From: an uncultured Eubacteriales bacterium
GTDB lineage: Bacteria > Bacillota > Clostridia > Oscillospirales > CAG-272
NCBI GenBank assembly: GCA_905210485.1
Contig: CAJLXA010000021.1
Coordinates: 1-31,771, forward strand
Direction: 5' to 3'
DNA length: 31,771 nucleotides
Shown: positions 24,639 to 31,771 of the stretch, piece by piece
Layout: every line of letters begins with the position of its first letter
Numbering within the stretch: the first letter of the stretch is position 1
Notes under the pieces: generated by a model
What the model saw: only the letters and a program-made list of their open reading frames with translations
Database searches by the model: none
What the model was told of the DNA's origin: nothing
Position numbers and translations under genes: made by a program

Positions 24639-25700
24639 ATGGAACAAGAGCAGAAAAACATTGTCGAAGCAATTGCAGAAACCATAAGCAATGCTGTCGG
24701 TAACGGCGAAGAATTTGTTGCTCCTTTAGCTACTTGGCAAACAAAAACTCCTACATCCAAGGTAATCAATGCGGCATATTCCGAAGAAATAAAAGAATAT
24801 TTAAAGGCGCCGGTTCCGGTCTGTAATAAAGCCGCATCGCTGAAGTTATTAAAGCGTTTCGCTCGAAAGGATTTTCGCGACTTTTGGACTACTCCCGTTG
24901 CGGAATATCTTCCTGCTGTCAGCGAAGGAACAATGAAGCTTTGCGAGCGTGTTTATCCACACGACCAGGCAATTTTCTATGCAAAAAAGCTGATTTCAAC
25001 ACTTTCACCAAAGGAACTGGCAAAGGATTTTCTTTACGGTGTAGCACACAACGCTCCCGAATACAGAACGACACTCGCTTGCTATTACTACATAAAAAAT
25101 TTGCCAGATCATGAATTTGAAAAGAAGTATGTTGGCGCTGTCGTGAGTAAGGACGGTGAATGGGAGGACAGACACCGAGAGAGCAAATGCGAAATCTGCG
25201 GATATGATCATGCAGTCAGTACAGAGCCTAAAATGCAATTCTGGCACATTAACGTTGACATGGAACATTTCTATTTCAAGTCGTCGGTTCCGTTCCGCTT
25301 CGATCTCAATACGGCAATCATATTTTTAGAGGAATATAAAAAGCTTCCGTGCCCCGAGCACTCGTTGACAGATTACAAGCATTTTATGAAAATCATTGAG
25401 GTAATAGAAAGCGCGCCGCTGAACACGACCCCGGGAAAACTACGCAAAGAATTAAAGCAATCCGGTTTTTTGACAATGACGATGGAGCAGATTGAGGCAT
25501 TTATCGATATGCTGGGGTATCTCAACATCTTGCACCCGAACGATTCCTTTGGCGTTACCGTCAAACACATCTGCGAAAGGGATATGCTACCGCCGCTTAG
25601 TGACAGAGGATATGCGGCTTACCCCGTAAATCGTTGGACACGTAAATACGGAATTGACTACGATAGTATTTCAATGCTTTTTGACGAGATTTACGAATAA
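24639..25700 (+). CDS. Hypothetical protein, 353 aa, no family recognised (cargo of the insert)
   Basis: The ATG at 24639 has a GAGAGG RBS 7 nt upstream. The frame is uninterrupted through AT-richer DNA. There is no signal peptide or TM helix. The only Cys pairs are CEICGYDH and LPCPEH. Confidence 0.6.
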   Translation: MEQEQKNIVEAIAETISNAVGNGEEFVAPLATWQTKTPTSKVINAAYSEEIKEYLKAPVPVCNKAASLKLLKRFARKDFRDFWTTPVAEYLPAVSEGTMKLCERVYPHDQAIFYAKKLISTLSPKELAKDFLYGVAHNAPEYRTTLACYYYIKNLPDHEFEKKYVGAVVSKDGEWEDRHRESKCEICGYDHAVSTEPKMQFWHINVDMEHFYFKSSVPFRFDLNTAIIFLEEYKKLPCPEHSLTDYKHFMKIIEVIESAPLNTTPGKLRKELKQSGFLTMTMEQIEAFIDMLGYLNILHPNDSFGVTVKHICERDMLPPLSDRGYAAYPVNRWTRKYGIDYDSISMLFDEIYE

Positions 25701-25767
25701 AAGTGAGACTTTTTGGAGTTACAACCCCCATTTTAAACCGATTTTTATACCTTTTAGAGTTATGACC

Positions 25768-25809
25768 CACGTTGAAGCGGTAGTCTGCCTCGAACGGCGA
25801 CCCGACAAC
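25768..25809. repeat. Right copy of the 42-nt direct repeat (attR-like); an orphan copy of the rlmD 3' end
   Basis: CACGTTGAAGCGGTAGTCTGCCTCGAACGGCGACCCGACAAC. Read in the rlmD frame it gives HVEAVVCLERRPDNR-stop (TGA at 25813-25815). Confidence 0.9.
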
Positions 25810-25908
25810 CGTTGAATCCCGTCATCAGGCGACGTGTGCATAAAAACGTGAACCGCGCCGCCGCTATACCGTTCCCCGCTTTGAAACCGTCATAAAACCA
25901 TGCCCCCG

Positions 25909-25953
25909 CACCGTCCGCACGGAAAATGCGGACGGTGTTCTTTTATTCTTTTT
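25909..25953 (+). terminator. Rho-independent terminator, probably the original rlmD terminator
   Basis: An 11-bp stem, CACCGTCCGCA / TGCGGACGGTG, with a 7-nt loop, then TTCTTTTATTCTTTTT. Confidence 0.85.
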
Positions 25954-25964
25954 CCCGGAATCTA

Positions 25965-25993
25965 TTAACACAGGCACAAAATCGTGATATACT
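25965..25993 (+). promoter_or_regulatory. Sigma-70-type promoter of the marR, kinase-like and MATE operon
   Basis: TTAACA (25965-25970), a 17-nt spacer, then TATACT (25988-25993). Confidence 0.45.
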
Positions 25994-26032
25994 ATCCTGC
26001 AAGTCCGAAATCGTACTAACGGAGTGTGAAAA

Positions 26033-26470
26033 ATGGAGATAAACCTGAGCAAACTCATGTACCGCGTGAACTGTCTCGCCTCCGACCTTGACGCATTGTA
26101 CCATCAGGCGGCCGTGAAACTGGGACTGTCGGACAGCGTTATGTTTGTGCTGTATCTCGTTTATGAAAAAGGATCCGGCTGTCCGCTGAACGATATCCGC
26201 AAAGCAACCAGCATCAGTAAGCAGACCATCAATTCCGCCATTCGGAAACTGGAAAACGAACAGATTGTTTATCTGGAATCGGGCGGCGGCAGAGCAAAAA
26301 CCGTGTGTCTTACGGAAAAAGGCAAAGAATATGTCGCCGGGACGATTGCGCGCCTGTTTCATGCGGAGTGCCGCGTTTTCGGCAAATGGACCGCAGAGGA
26401 GATCCATGAGTATCTGCGCCTTATGGAGAAATACAACAGCGACTTCCGGGAACAACTTGAAAAACTGTAA
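26033..26470 (+). CDS. MarR-family winged-helix transcriptional regulator
   Basis: 145 aa. The wHTH region is LNDIRKATSISKQTINSAIRKLENEQIVYLESGGGRAKTVCLTEKGKEY. A GGAG RBS is present. Confidence 0.75.
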   Translation: MEINLSKLMYRVNCLASDLDALYHQAAVKLGLSDSVMFVLYLVYEKGSGCPLNDIRKATSISKQTINSAIRKLENEQIVYLESGGGRAKTVCLTEKGKEYVAGTIARLFHAECRVFGKWTAEEIHEYLRLMEKYNSDFREQLEKL

Positions 26471-26481
26471 GGAGACCAACC

Positions 26482-27102
26482 ATGAATATCATCACCATCA
26501 GCCGGGAATTCGGCAGCGGCGGTCGGGAACTCGGAAAACGTCTTGCCGATTTTCTGGGATATGACTATTATGACAGCGAGATCATAGCCGCCGTAGCGCG
26601 GGAAAGCGGCATGGACGCGGATTATGTCGAAAACACGCTCAGCAATCACGGGTGGAAAAATCAGGCGATTACTTTTCGCGCAACGCTCGGTTCCACCGCT
26701 TACGTTCAGTCCTCCAAAGTGACTCTGCTTCTGAAACAGAAAGATGTGATAGAAAGCATTGCCGCTCTCGGAAAGGATTGCATCATTGTCGGACGTAACG
26801 CCGACGTAATCCTGCGCCTGTATCAGCCGTTCAATATTTTCGTCTGCGCAACGCAGGAGGCCAAACTGCGGCGTTGCCTTGAAAGAACGCCCGAAGGTGA
26901 AAAACTGACAGAAAAAGAACTGCTTCGTAAAATGAAACAGATCGACCGCGTTCGCTCGCAAACGCGGGAAATTCTCACCGGTTCTCCGTGGGGGAACCGG
27001 AATACGTATCAGTTGACCGTCAACACCACCGCATGGGAAATCAAAGACCTGGTACCCGCGGTTGCCGATTTCGCAACACGCTGGTTTGGGGGAAAACAGT
27101 GA
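26482..27102 (+). CDS. Cytidylate kinase-like family protein (Cytidylate_kin2-type P-loop protein)
   Basis: The N-terminus IITISREFGSGGRELGKRLADFLGYDYYDSEII is characteristic of the family. A GGAG RBS is present. Confidence 0.7.
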   Translation: MNIITISREFGSGGRELGKRLADFLGYDYYDSEIIAAVARESGMDADYVENTLSNHGWKNQAITFRATLGSTAYVQSSKVTLLLKQKDVIESIAALGKDCIIVGRNADVILRLYQPFNIFVCATQEAKLRRCLERTPEGEKLTEKELLRKMKQIDRVRSQTREILTGSPWGNRNTYQLTVNTTAWEIKDLVPAVADFATRWFGGKQ

Positions 27103-28439
27103 AACAACAAATTCAATTATCGGATCACTTCACATACAGACGTTTGATCCGCTTTACGTTGCCGTCCATCGGTATGATGATCTGCACTTCCGTATACAGT
27201 GTGGTTGACGGCTTTTTCGTGTCCAATTTTGCGGGGAAAACTCCCTTTGCGGCAGTCAATCTGATCATGCCTTTTCTTATGATCCTGTCCACCGTGGGCT
27301 TCATGTTCGGCACCGGCGGCTCCGCCATCGTGGCCAAAAACTTTGGCGAAGGGGACAGAGAAAAAGACAATCGCCATTTTTCCCTGTTCGTTTATACCGC
27401 CGCCGCGCTGGGCGTATTGTTTGCCGTTCTGGGAATCCTCTTTATCCGCCCGATCGCCATGCTTCTCGGCGCCGAGGGCGAAATGCTGAATAATGCCGTG
27501 CTGTACGCCCGGATTATTCTGACAGCGCTTCCGTTCAATGTGCTTCAGCTTCTGTTTCAGTCGTTCTTCGTAACCGCCGAAAAACCGAAAATGGGACTTA
27601 CCATCACGGTGATGTCGGGACTTACCAATATGATACTGGACGCCGCGCTCGTAACTCTTTTGCCGCCGGAACACAAACTGGCAGGGGCGGCCGTGGCAAC
27701 GGCGCTGAGCCAGGTGATCGGCGGCGCAGTGCCACTCTTGTATTTCGGACGGAAAAACAGCAGTATCCTCCGGCTGGGTCGCGCCCGCTTTGACGGAAAG
27801 GCCATTTTCAAGGCCTGCGCCAACGGCTCCTCGGAATTTATGAGCAACATCTCCATGAGCCTCGTGGGTATGCTCTATAACATACAGCTTTTAAGATATG
27901 CGGGGGAAAACGGCGTGGCCGCATACGGTGTGATGATGTATGTCAGCATGATTTTTTCGGCGGCCTTTGTGGGGTACTCCATCGGTACCGCTCCCGTTGT
28001 CGGGTATCACGACGGCGCCAAAAATTATACCGAACTGAAAGGATTATTGAGAAAAAGCCTTGTCATGATCGGAGGTTTCGGGATAGCCATGGTTGCCTCC
28101 GCCGAACTGCATTCCGTGCTGCTTGCAAAAATTTTTGTAGGGTATGACGCCGAACTGATGCAACTGACCGTTTCGGGATTCCGCATATTTGCCCTTTCCT
28201 TTATCTTTATGGGTTTTGCCATTTTCAGTTCCGGTTTCTTCACGGCGCTCAACGACGGCGTTACCTCCGCCATCATTTCTTTCCTGCGTACACTAGTCTT
28301 CCAGACCGCCGCCGTTATTCTGCTTCCCTTGATTTTTAAAATCCGCGGCGTCTGGATCTCTATTGTGATCGCGGAACTGATGGCCGTTATCTTTTCCGCA
28401 ATGTTCCTCATTATAAAACAAAAGAAATACCATTATTGA
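27099..28439 (+). CDS. MATE-family efflux transporter
   Basis: The GTG at 27099 overlaps the upstream stop (GTGA). The protein has 12 hydrophobic helices. The MATE-type N-terminus is LIRFTLPSIGMMICTSVYSVVDGFFVSNFAGKTPFAAVNL. Confidence 0.85.
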   Translation: MKQQIQLSDHFTYRRLIRFTLPSIGMMICTSVYSVVDGFFVSNFAGKTPFAAVNLIMPFLMILSTVGFMFGTGGSAIVAKNFGEGDREKDNRHFSLFVYTAAALGVLFAVLGILFIRPIAMLLGAEGEMLNNAVLYARIILTALPFNVLQLLFQSFFVTAEKPKMGLTITVMSGLTNMILDAALVTLLPPEHKLAGAAVATALSQVIGGAVPLLYFGRKNSSILRLGRARFDGKAIFKACANGSSEFMSNISMSLVGMLYNIQLLRYAGENGVAAYGVMMYVSMIFSAAFVGYSIGTAPVVGYHDGAKNYTELKGLLRKSLVMIGGFGIAMVASAELHSVLLAKIFVGYDAELMQLTVSGFRIFALSFIFMGFAIFSSGFFTALNDGVTSAIISFLRTLVFQTAAVILLPLIFKIRGVWISIVIAELMAVIFSAMFLIIKQKKYHY

Positions 28440-28516
28440 AACGCGACGGATAACCGTTTGCCGTAAAAACGCCCGAATCCGCGCCTTTTGCAAGACTCTT
28501 AACGCAACTTGTCCGC

Positions 28517-28575
28517 AAAAAACCGTTGCAGACCTCATTTCCCTCCGAAATGAACACGCAACGGTTTTCTTTTTA
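28517..28575. terminator. Bidirectional terminator (compound hairpin) after the MATE gene
   Basis: The outer stem is AAAACCGTTGC / GCAACGGTTTT and the inner stem is CATTTC / GAAATG. An A-run lies upstream and TTTTCTTTTT downstream. Confidence 0.7.
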
Positions 28576-28615
28576 TTATGCGGATCGTTCTTGCATCCTA
28601 TCCATGCCGGCAATA

Positions 28616-28897
28616 TCAGCCGAAAACATCGTCATATACGTCAAGAAGATGTTCGGGCAAAACACGCATACGCCAAAGCAAACGGAAAAATGTTTCCGCC
28701 GCCGCAGGCGATGTTGTGAAATCCCGTATTTCCGCAAAAAGCGCCGGAAAAACACCTCGCCGTTCCATCGTCAACGTAAAATGCTCGCGGCCGTCTTTCC
28801 GGGTGCGGCATAGCCGATAAACGATCTCCCCCTGTTTCCGTGTTCGTCTTCTTTCGCAAATGTCTCCGCAAAACGATAATTCCTGTTTCTTGTTCAT
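28616..28897 (-). CDS. Small hypothetical protein (93 aa)
   Basis: ORF starting at the ATG at 28897, with GGAGG 12 nt upstream. It is the only sizeable ORF in a ~1-kb gap and ends next to the bidirectional terminator. No family is confidently recognised. Confidence 0.35.
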   Translation of the reverse strand: MNKKQELSFCGDICERRRTRKQGEIVYRLCRTRKDGREHFTLTMERRGVFPALFAEIRDFTTSPAAAETFFRLLWRMRVLPEHLLDVYDDVFG

Positions 28898-29321
28898 AGC
28901 TGTTATATGCCTCCGATGTCTTTTGGTTATTACCATTATAACCGTTTCCCCGTCTTTTGTCTTGTTCGCACGAACCATCGATAATGGAAATTTATTCCAT
29001 CATATTTGTGCATCATCACGAAAAACAAACGAAACCCGATCCATTGCGACCTTTGTTCTGCGTATAACCCGCATATTGTGAATATTCTCATCGTATACAG
29101 GCGGCTCTGTTTGTTTTCGGGATAGAATTTCCGACTGATTTTTTTATAAGATCCGTCATATATTCCCGGGAACTGCCCTTTTTCTACCTATTGCACAAAA
29201 ATGTATATTTTGAATAAAGGCGCCGTAACCGTCCGGAAAAGATACGCCCATACTTTCGCCGCACGCAATGAATCCATCCGGCGTACCGGCGGACGATATA
29301 TTTTATCTTCCGTTTACCCAC

Positions 29322-29350
29322 TTGTATTTTGTTTTTATCTGTGATATACT
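29322..29350 (+). promoter_or_regulatory. Sigma-70-type promoter of the lacI-family gene
   Basis: TTGTAT (29322-29327), a 17-nt spacer ending in TGA (extended -10), then TATACT (29345-29350). Confidence 0.5.
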
Positions 29351-29352
29351 TC

Positions 29353-29368
29353 GTGTAAACGGTTACAC
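29353..29368. promoter_or_regulatory. LacI/CcpA-type (cre-like) palindromic operator at the predicted transcription start
   Basis: GTGTAAACGGTTACAC is 14 of 16 palindromic. Its core, TGTAAACGGTTACA, fits the cre/LacI-family pattern TGNAANCGNTNNCA. Confidence 0.55.
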
Positions 29369-29417
29369 ACCGTAAAAACCATATCGCGCTTTTTACATTT
29401 TCAGGCAGGAGAAAACG

Positions 29418-30380
29418 ATGAATATTTACGATATTGCCAAAAAGACCGGCGTTTCCACAGCCACCGTATCGCGCTACCTTAACGGATCGGGATACGTCGG
29501 CAAAAAAACACGGGAACGCATCGCCGAAGTTATCGCGGAAAGCGGTTATACGCCGTCCGGTTTTGCGCGTTCCCTTTCCCGCGGCGAAAAAATGAAACTT
29601 TTCGGCGTTATCGTTTATCGGATAAACGACCTGTACTATGCCGGATGTGCCGCCGTTCTTGAAAAAGCGTTGCGGACGGCGGGTTATGAAATGATGCTCG
29701 GTTGCGCGGAAAATACGGAAACCGCCGTCGCCGCCGTGACGGAATCGCTGATCAAGAAAAACGCCGACGCCCTGATCTATATCGGTTCGGCATTTACCGA
29801 AACGGCGCCGTATATCACGGCGCACATCGCACCGCGTATTCCCTGCTTTTTTATCAACGCCGCCGTAACGGGAAACAATGTTTTTTCCGCGTTCTGCGAT
29901 GACGAAAAAGCCACGGCTTCCGCCGCGGCAATACTGGCCGCACAGAGAAAACGGCCGATCTATCTGTACGATCGGGAAATCTACGGTACCGCACGCAAGC
30001 GGAAAGGGTTCCTTTCCGTTTTTCCCGAAGCCGGCGTTTACCTGATTGACGACGGTGAACCGTCATCACGAAAAAAACTGGCGGCAATCCTGCGCGAAAC
30101 CGACGCCGACGCCATAATGGCGGCAAACGATACGCTTGCCGCCATTGCGATCCGGGCGGCACATGACATCGGGCGCCGCGTTCCGGAAGACATTGCCGTT
30201 ATCGGGCATGACAATTCCTTTATTTCGGAACTGACAATCCCGGCGCTGACTTCCATTGATAACGGAGGGGAAAAACTGGCGGCAGAGACAGCGAAAAAAA
30301 TACTCTCGTTCTTTCAAGGCGAAAAGTTCGCCGCCGAAACCGAAATAGAAGCCGTTCTGAAAAGACGTGAAAGTTTCTGA
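29418..30380 (+). CDS. LacI-family transcriptional regulator
   Basis: The HTH N-terminus is MNIYDIAKKTGVSTATVSRYLNGSGYVGKKTRERIAEVI, followed by a periplasmic-binding-protein-like effector domain. An AGGAGA RBS is present. Confidence 0.85.
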   Translation: MNIYDIAKKTGVSTATVSRYLNGSGYVGKKTRERIAEVIAESGYTPSGFARSLSRGEKMKLFGVIVYRINDLYYAGCAAVLEKALRTAGYEMMLGCAENTETAVAAVTESLIKKNADALIYIGSAFTETAPYITAHIAPRIPCFFINAAVTGNNVFSAFCDDEKATASAAAILAAQRKRPIYLYDREIYGTARKRKGFLSVFPEAGVYLIDDGEPSSRKKLAAILRETDADAIMAANDTLAAIAIRAAHDIGRRVPEDIAVIGHDNSFISELTIPALTSIDNGGEKLAAETAKKILSFFQGEKFAAETEIEAVLKRRESF

Positions 30381-30456
30381 AGAATATTCAAAAACTATGC
30401 CCGCAGGATAGGCTATGCCGAAAACGGTTTTTGCAATATATCCGTTAAAATCCGAT

Positions 30457-31140
30457 TCAGATAAGTCGCCCGTCCACGCCGATCACTCTCACGCTGAGCG
30501 GAATCTCACGTCCCGTGGCCGCAATCGCGCGCTTCACGGCATGCTCAATGCCGCCGCAACACGGCACTTCCATGCGCGCCACCGTCACACTGCGTACATT
30601 GCCCATGGCGAAAATCGTCGTCAGGCGCTCCGCATAGTCTTCATCATCCAGTTTCGGACAGCCGATAAGCGCTATGCGCCCTTTGATGAAATCTTCATGA
30701 AACGCGCCGTAGGCAAACGCCGTACAATCGGCCGCGATCAGAATATCGGCATTACGGAAATACGGTGCTCCCGGCGACGCCAGTCTTATCTGTATCGGCC
30801 ACTGGGAAAGGCGGCTCGGTACGGTTGCGGACAACGCCGCGTCGGAAACCGTCATCTGACGTGCGCGCATGCCGGGGCACCCTCCGTGCGGCGCGGCGCT
30901 CTTTGCCGCTTTTGTCTTTTTCACGGCGGCTTCATCATATGCCGGCGCTTCCCGCTCTTCAAAAGTGATGGCCCCCGTCGGGCAGGCGGGCAAACAGTCG
31001 CCGAGTCCGTCGCAATAATGTTCATGCATCAATGCGGCCTTACCGTCCACAAGTTGAATCGCGCCTTCGTGGCACGCCGTGACGCAGGCACCGCAACCGT
31101 TGCATTTCTCTTTATCTATTTTAATGATTTTCCGTATCAT
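30457..31140 (-). CDS. 4Fe-4S dicluster ferredoxin-domain protein with a Cys-containing C-terminal domain
   Basis: The ATG at 31140 has an AGGAGG RBS. Ferredoxin motifs are CNGCGACVTACHEGAI and CDGLGDCLPACPTGAI. The C-terminal domain carries CPKLD and VPCCGG. Confidence 0.7.
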   Translation of the reverse strand: MIRKIIKIDKEKCNGCGACVTACHEGAIQLVDGKAALMHEHYCDGLGDCLPACPTGAITFEEREAPAYDEAAVKKTKAAKSAAPHGGCPGMRARQMTVSDAALSATVPSRLSQWPIQIRLASPGAPYFRNADILIAADCTAFAYGAFHEDFIKGRIALIGCPKLDDEDYAERLTTIFAMGNVRSVTVARMEVPCCGGIEHAVKRAIAATGREIPLSVRVIGVDGRLI

Positions 31141-31178
31141 AGGATCCTCCTCTATCGGACAAAGCCGTTTTCGGTTAC

Positions 31179-31207
31179 AGTATAACATATCGTTTCGGGA
31201 TTTGTAA
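31179..31207 (-). promoter_or_regulatory. Sigma-70-type promoter of the 4Fe-4S protein gene
   Basis: On the minus strand: TTACAA, a 17-nt spacer, then TATACT. Confidence 0.5.
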
Positions 31208-31224
31208 AGCGGTAAATCCCGAAA
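31193..31224. promoter_or_regulatory. 11-bp perfect inverted repeat overlapping the -35 element of the 4Fe-4S gene promoter (candidate operator)
   Basis: TTTCGGGATTT-N10-AAATCCCGAAA. No U-tract follows on either strand, so it is unlikely to be a terminator. Confidence 0.4.
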
Positions 31225-31316
31225 AAAGACCATAAAATCCCCAAAAATGTAAACTTAACATTATAATTTGCACAATAATGTCACAGAAAAAACAAAAAAC
31301 AATCCATATTCTGCGC

Positions 31317-31345
31317 TTGACAGAATGTGCATTGTGTGCTAAAAT
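31317..31345 (+). promoter_or_regulatory. Near-consensus sigma-70 promoter of the dtxR-family gene
   Basis: TTGACA (31317-31322), a 17-nt spacer ending in TGC (extended -10), then TAAAAT (31340-31345). Confidence 0.6.
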
Positions 31346-31408
31346 ATAACATGATTACATAGAAATATCCGCGTCCCGTTCATACCGCACGGATAAAGGA
31401 GGAAAAAC

Positions 31409-31771
31409 ATGGCACTTCAGGAATCCGGCGAAATGTATCTTGAAACGATTTTGATTTTGTCCGAAAAGACCGGCTTTGTCCGCTCAATCGACGTATGTGA
31501 ATATATGGGTTTTTCCAAGCCGAGCGTCAGCCGCGCCGTCGGTCTTCTGAAACAAGGCGGTTACTTATACATGGAGCGCGACGGCAACCTCGTCCTGACA
31601 GACGCCGGCAAAGAAGTCGCACGGAAAATATATGAGCGACACAACGTTCTGACCGAATGTCTTATGCGCCTCGGTATCGACCGTGAAACGGCCGCCGAAG
31701 ACGCATGCAAAATCGAACATGTCATCAGTGATAAAACATTTGAAGCGATAAAACAGTTTCTCGGTAAATAA
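31409..31771 (+). CDS. DtxR/MntR-family metal-dependent transcriptional repressor (HTH plus dimerisation domain, no SH3-like domain)
   Basis: 120 aa with SGEMYLETILIL..., SIDVCEYMGFSKPSVSRAVGLLKQGGYL and EDACKIEHVISDKTFEAI. An AAAGGAGG RBS is present and a TAA stop sits at the window end. Confidence 0.8.
   Translation: MALQESGEMYLETILILSEKTGFVRSIDVCEYMGFSKPSVSRAVGLLKQGGYLYMERDGNLVLTDAGKEVARKIYERHNVLTECLMRLGIDRETAAEDACKIEHVISDKTFEAIKQFLGK

Larger units (their letters stand above)
24360..25767. mobile_element. Recombinase-less insert bounded by duplicated rlmD 3' ends (decayed integrative element or CIME-like)
   Basis: It is flanked by 42-nt direct repeats and is visibly AT-richer than both flanks. 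It contains one truncated and one intact ORF and no integrase or transposase. The apparent native rlmD terminator lies beyond the right repeat. Confidence 0.55.

Noticed and set aside
25701-25815. Integron attC site or gene-cassette interpretation of the orphan ORF and its downstream repeats
   Set aside because: There are no GTTRRRY core sites in the right positions and no imperfect-palindrome R''-L''/L'-R' architecture. No intI gene is present. The flanking repeats are direct copies of the rlmD 3' end, which fits attL/attR instead.
26988-27098. A 37-codon N-terminal extension of the MATE transporter ORF
   Set aside because: It overlaps the 3' end of the cytidylate-kinase-like gene in another frame. 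The GTG at 27099 gives a GTGA coupling overlap and a standard MATE N-terminus.

Overview
About 31.8 kb with no rRNA, tRNA or CRISPR found by eye. From about nt 1840 onward the window looks like one Clostridia-type chromosomal segment. By eye it is roughly 55-60% G+C, carries the sporulation membrane gene ytvI and has Oscillospiraceae-like gene content. Genes sit in short, often translationally coupled operons separated by clear hairpin terminators. Recognisable genes are: the C-terminal half of a membrane pyrophosphatase; a PF14907-type nucleotidyltransferase with VanZ; a double-ATPase acyl-CoA-dehydratase-activase-like protein with its partner and a PLP aminotransferase; a FliB/YkgJ-like Cys-cluster protein with YbaK, DUF1653 and a small multidrug export protein; a 1361-aa secreted beta-helix protein with duplicated CBM-like modules; cyclophilin PpiB; YtvI; ribosomal protein L28; a BlaI/MecI/CopY-type repressor coupled to a small membrane protein; an ABC-F ATPase; RlmD; a MarR, cytidylate-kinase-like and MATE operon; a LacI regulator; a 4Fe-4S protein; and a DtxR-family regulator. 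Three things stand out. (1) The first 1.84 kb is visibly AT-richer, Bacteroidota-type sensor sequence spliced in frame into the middle of the pyrophosphatase gene, which is most likely a chimeric junction. (2) The last 42 nt of rlmD are duplicated around a 1.4-kb AT-richer insert. The insert holds a truncated four-helix-bundle gene and one intact orphan 353-aa ORF but no recombinase, so it looks like an att-flanked, CIME-like remnant with unknown cargo. (3) The ABC-F protein has a fully degenerate second nucleotide-binding site. All G+C statements are eyeball estimates and all family calls rest on recognised motifs, not on searches.
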